The notes beneath the pieces are model-generated. The model was given only the letters and a program-made list of their open reading frames with translations, made no database searches and had not been told where the DNA came from. Made by a program: the position numbers and the translations under genes. Positions 61,355-64,000 of a stretch of 64,000 nt of DNA are shown piece after piece (the stretch's first letter is position 1; each line of letters starts with the position of its first letter). Source of the stretch: Prorocentrum cordatum (lineage: Eukaryota); the NCBI GenBank assembly GCA_963575745.1, contig CAUYUJ010000278.1, positions 1-64,000 of the forward strand, in the 5' to 3' direction.

Positions 61355-64000
61355 CCTGCATAGGCGCAAGCGCGCGCTGGCTGCGATCCCCCCCACATCA
61401 AGGTTGTTGGGGGGGATCGCTGCCCAGGCCGCGCGCGCCACGGTTAGTCGCATTCCCGCCCCAGACCACCCAGAGTGAAGCCTTTTAGGGTTTAGGGTTT
61501 CTCCCCCCAACCCCCTATCACGGGGGGCTGTCGAAGTGGCGCGCGCAGGCGATCGCCGACGCGGCCGTGGCACTGCGCATCCATTTAAGCATGCGCGCGG
61601 GGCGCAGGGCGCGTGACGTAGGCGCGTCGGCGCGTCGCCCCGTCGAAGAGGCAGCCTTTGGCGATTTCGGCGTTGAGCTTCGCCGTTGGGCTGCCGCTGG
61701 CGCAGCATGTCCATGCGTTGCCGCCTTTGCCTTCGGCACTGGGTTGTGACACTGGGCTGTGAATGCTGGGATGCGCGCGTGCGGCCGCGGCCGTAGCAAT
61801 GCGCGCCGATGCGAGCACGCGCGCAGGGTGCATGGCGCTGGCGCGTCAGGTCGCCTCGTCGATGAGACAGCCGTTTGCACCTTCGGCGTTGAGCTTCGCC
61901 GGTGGGCTGCCGCTGGCGCAGCAGTTCCACAGGGGTCCGGCATTTGCCTTCGGCATTGGAAAGCAGCACTGCGAAGGCGCTGGCGCGGCAATCCCATGGT
62001 TTCCCGTGGGCCCGGAGCAAGTGGTTGCGCCGTGGGGCTCCTCGCTGATGGCGACGCGCACGGCAGTTACATTCGCCCGCGGCTTTGGGTTTCGCCTTTG
62101 GGGTCGCCCCCCCGCTGAAGCGATTGCAATCATCGACGCAGCCGCCTTCGGCGCGAGCTTCGGACGGCTGGAGGGGGAGCGCGACGGGGTGGGTCTGGCA
62201 CCCCCTCGCTACGATGCGCGCGCATGGCTGCGGCAGCACCTCCATGGCAGAGCCCGTGGAATGCCTCGGGGGGGCCCTCTGGCAGCGCTGGGAGAGCGCC
62301 TGGGGTTTCCCCCAAGAGCCCCGGGACCGCCTGGAACCGCCTGGGCGCGCTTGGGAGCGCGCGGGAGCGCATGGGAACGCTGCGTGGCACCTTGGAGCGC
62401 TTGTCGGTGCTTAAGAGCGCGTGGGAATACTTGGGCGCCTGGGAGCGCCGGGGGGCGCTTAGGAACGCTTCGGAGCTGTGGCAGCGCTGGGAACGCTGGG
62501 GAGCGCCTGCGAGCGCCTGGGAGCGCGCCAGGAGCGTGCCGGGAGCGCTTGGGAGCGCCTGCGAGCGCCTGGGAGCGCCTGGGGGCGTGCCGGGGGCGCT
62601 TGGGAGCGCCTGGGAGCGCTTGGGAGCGCAGCCAGCGCGCGCCTGAGAACGCGCCTGGGGGCGTGCCGGGAGCGCCCAGGAGCGCTTGGGAGCGCCTCGG
62701 AGCGCCTGGGAGCGCCTGGGAGCGTGCCGAGAGCGCCTGGGGGCAGGCCGGGAGCGCCTGAAGCTCCGTGGAGCGCTTGGGAGCGTGCCGGGAGCGCCTG
62801 GGAACGCTTGGAAGCGCCTGGGAGCGCCTGGGAACGCTTGTGAACGCCTGGGGGTGCCTGGGAACGCCTGGGAGCGCCTGGGAACGCCTGGGAGCGCCTG
62901 GGAGCGTGCCGGGAGCGCTTGGAGAGTCCTGGGGAGCGCCTGGAGCCTTTGGAAGCGCTTGGAGCGCCGCACGCTGTAATTTCATACGTTTGGAGCACCC
63001 AGGGGGCACCGCATGCTGTATTTTCATAGGTTTGGAGCCCCAGGGGATGTAGCGGACCGCGGCGAACCCGCTTGCTAGGGCTGAGGGTTAGGGGTTCCTT
63101 TTCTTAGGAGAACACCACGGGGATGCACCGCGCGGCGTGCGAATTCCTCCTCAGCGGCTATCGCCGCTGCGTCGGTGCGGCGAACGCCGTATGGGCAGGC
63201 TCGCTGAGCGCTCGGCCAGACGCCACGGGCTTCTGACGATGCACCGCCCGTGGCTTGCAGTTTAGGGTTTAGGGTTTAGGGTTTTTCCCCCCCATTAGCG
63301 CGTCCCAGGGAGACGCGCGCTGGCTGCGATCCCCCCCACATCAAGGTCGTTGGGGGGGATCGCTGCCCAGGCCGCGCGCGCCGCGGTTAGTCGCACTCCC
63401 GCCCCAGACCACCCAGAGTGAAGCCTTTTAGGGTTTAGGGCTTCTCCCCCCAACCCCCCTATCACGGGGGGCTGTCGAAGTGGTGCGCGCAGGCGATCGC
63501 CGACGCGGCCGTGGCACTGCGCATCCGCTTGAGCATGCGCGCAGGGCGCGCGACGTAGGCGCATCGGCTCGTCGCCTCGTCGAACATGCGGGCACGCGCG
63601 CAGGGTGCATGGCGCTGGCGCGTCAGCTCGCCTCGTCGATGAGGCAGCTGTCGCGCCTTCGGCAGGGGGCATTGCCGTTGGGCTGCCGCTGGCGCAGCAG
63701 ATCCACAGGGGGCCGCATTTGCTTTCGGCGTTGGAAAGCAGCGCTGCGAGGGCGCTGGCGCGGCAATCCCATGGGCCCCCGTGGGCCTCGAGCGAGTAGC
63801 CGCGCCGTCCGGCTCCTCGCTGACGGCGACGCGCACGGCAGTTGTATTCGCCCGCGGCTTTGGGTTTTGCTTTGAGGTCGCCCCCGCTGAAGCGATTGCA
63901 ATCATCAACGCAGACGCTGTCGATGCGAGCTTCGGAAGGCGGGAGGAGGAGCGCGAGGGGGTGGGTCTGGCACCCCCTCGCTACGATGCGCGCGCATGGC
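61355..64000 (+). repeat. Family A module (61355-63260) plus the start of a further variant copy running off the window
   Basis: Same termini as 50631-52515; followed by TTTAGGG x3 and a new head hairpin at ~63315. Confidence 0.92.

Noticed and set aside
37700..64000. Many ORFs with ALPGAPRRSQ / SAWERLGAPG / PPELSPRAL repeats
   Set aside because: Products of 10-mer and 13-mer tandem repeats in non-coding modules.

Overview
GC-rich, repeat-dominated eukaryotic DNA. Plant-type TTTAGGG telomeric repeats, 'SACEKGxQWQxAL' PPR relics and an AG|G exon boundary suggest a dinoflagellate, possibly Prorocentrum-like (inference). (1) 1-12.4 kb: an apparently intact ~12 kb non-LTR retrotransposon. ORF1 has a PARP-like ADP-ribosyltransferase motif set, hydrophobic segments and Cys clusters; ORF2 has APE, RT, a Zn-binding motif and RNase H; a (CT)n tract follows. 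The most striking signal is 11 copies (plus 1 degenerate) of one bulged-C stem-loop, [variable stem]-C-GGC-TYCA-GCC-[complement], with covarying stems, read in different codon frames and spaced about 1.1 kb apart along the element. (2) 13-36 kb: decayed LINE relics, minisatellites, a CAG-rich satellite and PPR pseudogene fragments. (3) 36.6-36.9 kb: the terminal exon of a nitronate monooxygenase-like gene, the only recognisable host-gene exon. (4) 37.5-64 kb: a mosaic of non-coding modules separated in register by short (TTTAGGG)n arrays, with a ~6 kb inverted block and a structured, telomere-repeat-containing cassette shared by two otherwise different module families. Most ORFs in the supplied track are GC or repeat artefacts. 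All calls are by eye; no searches were run.
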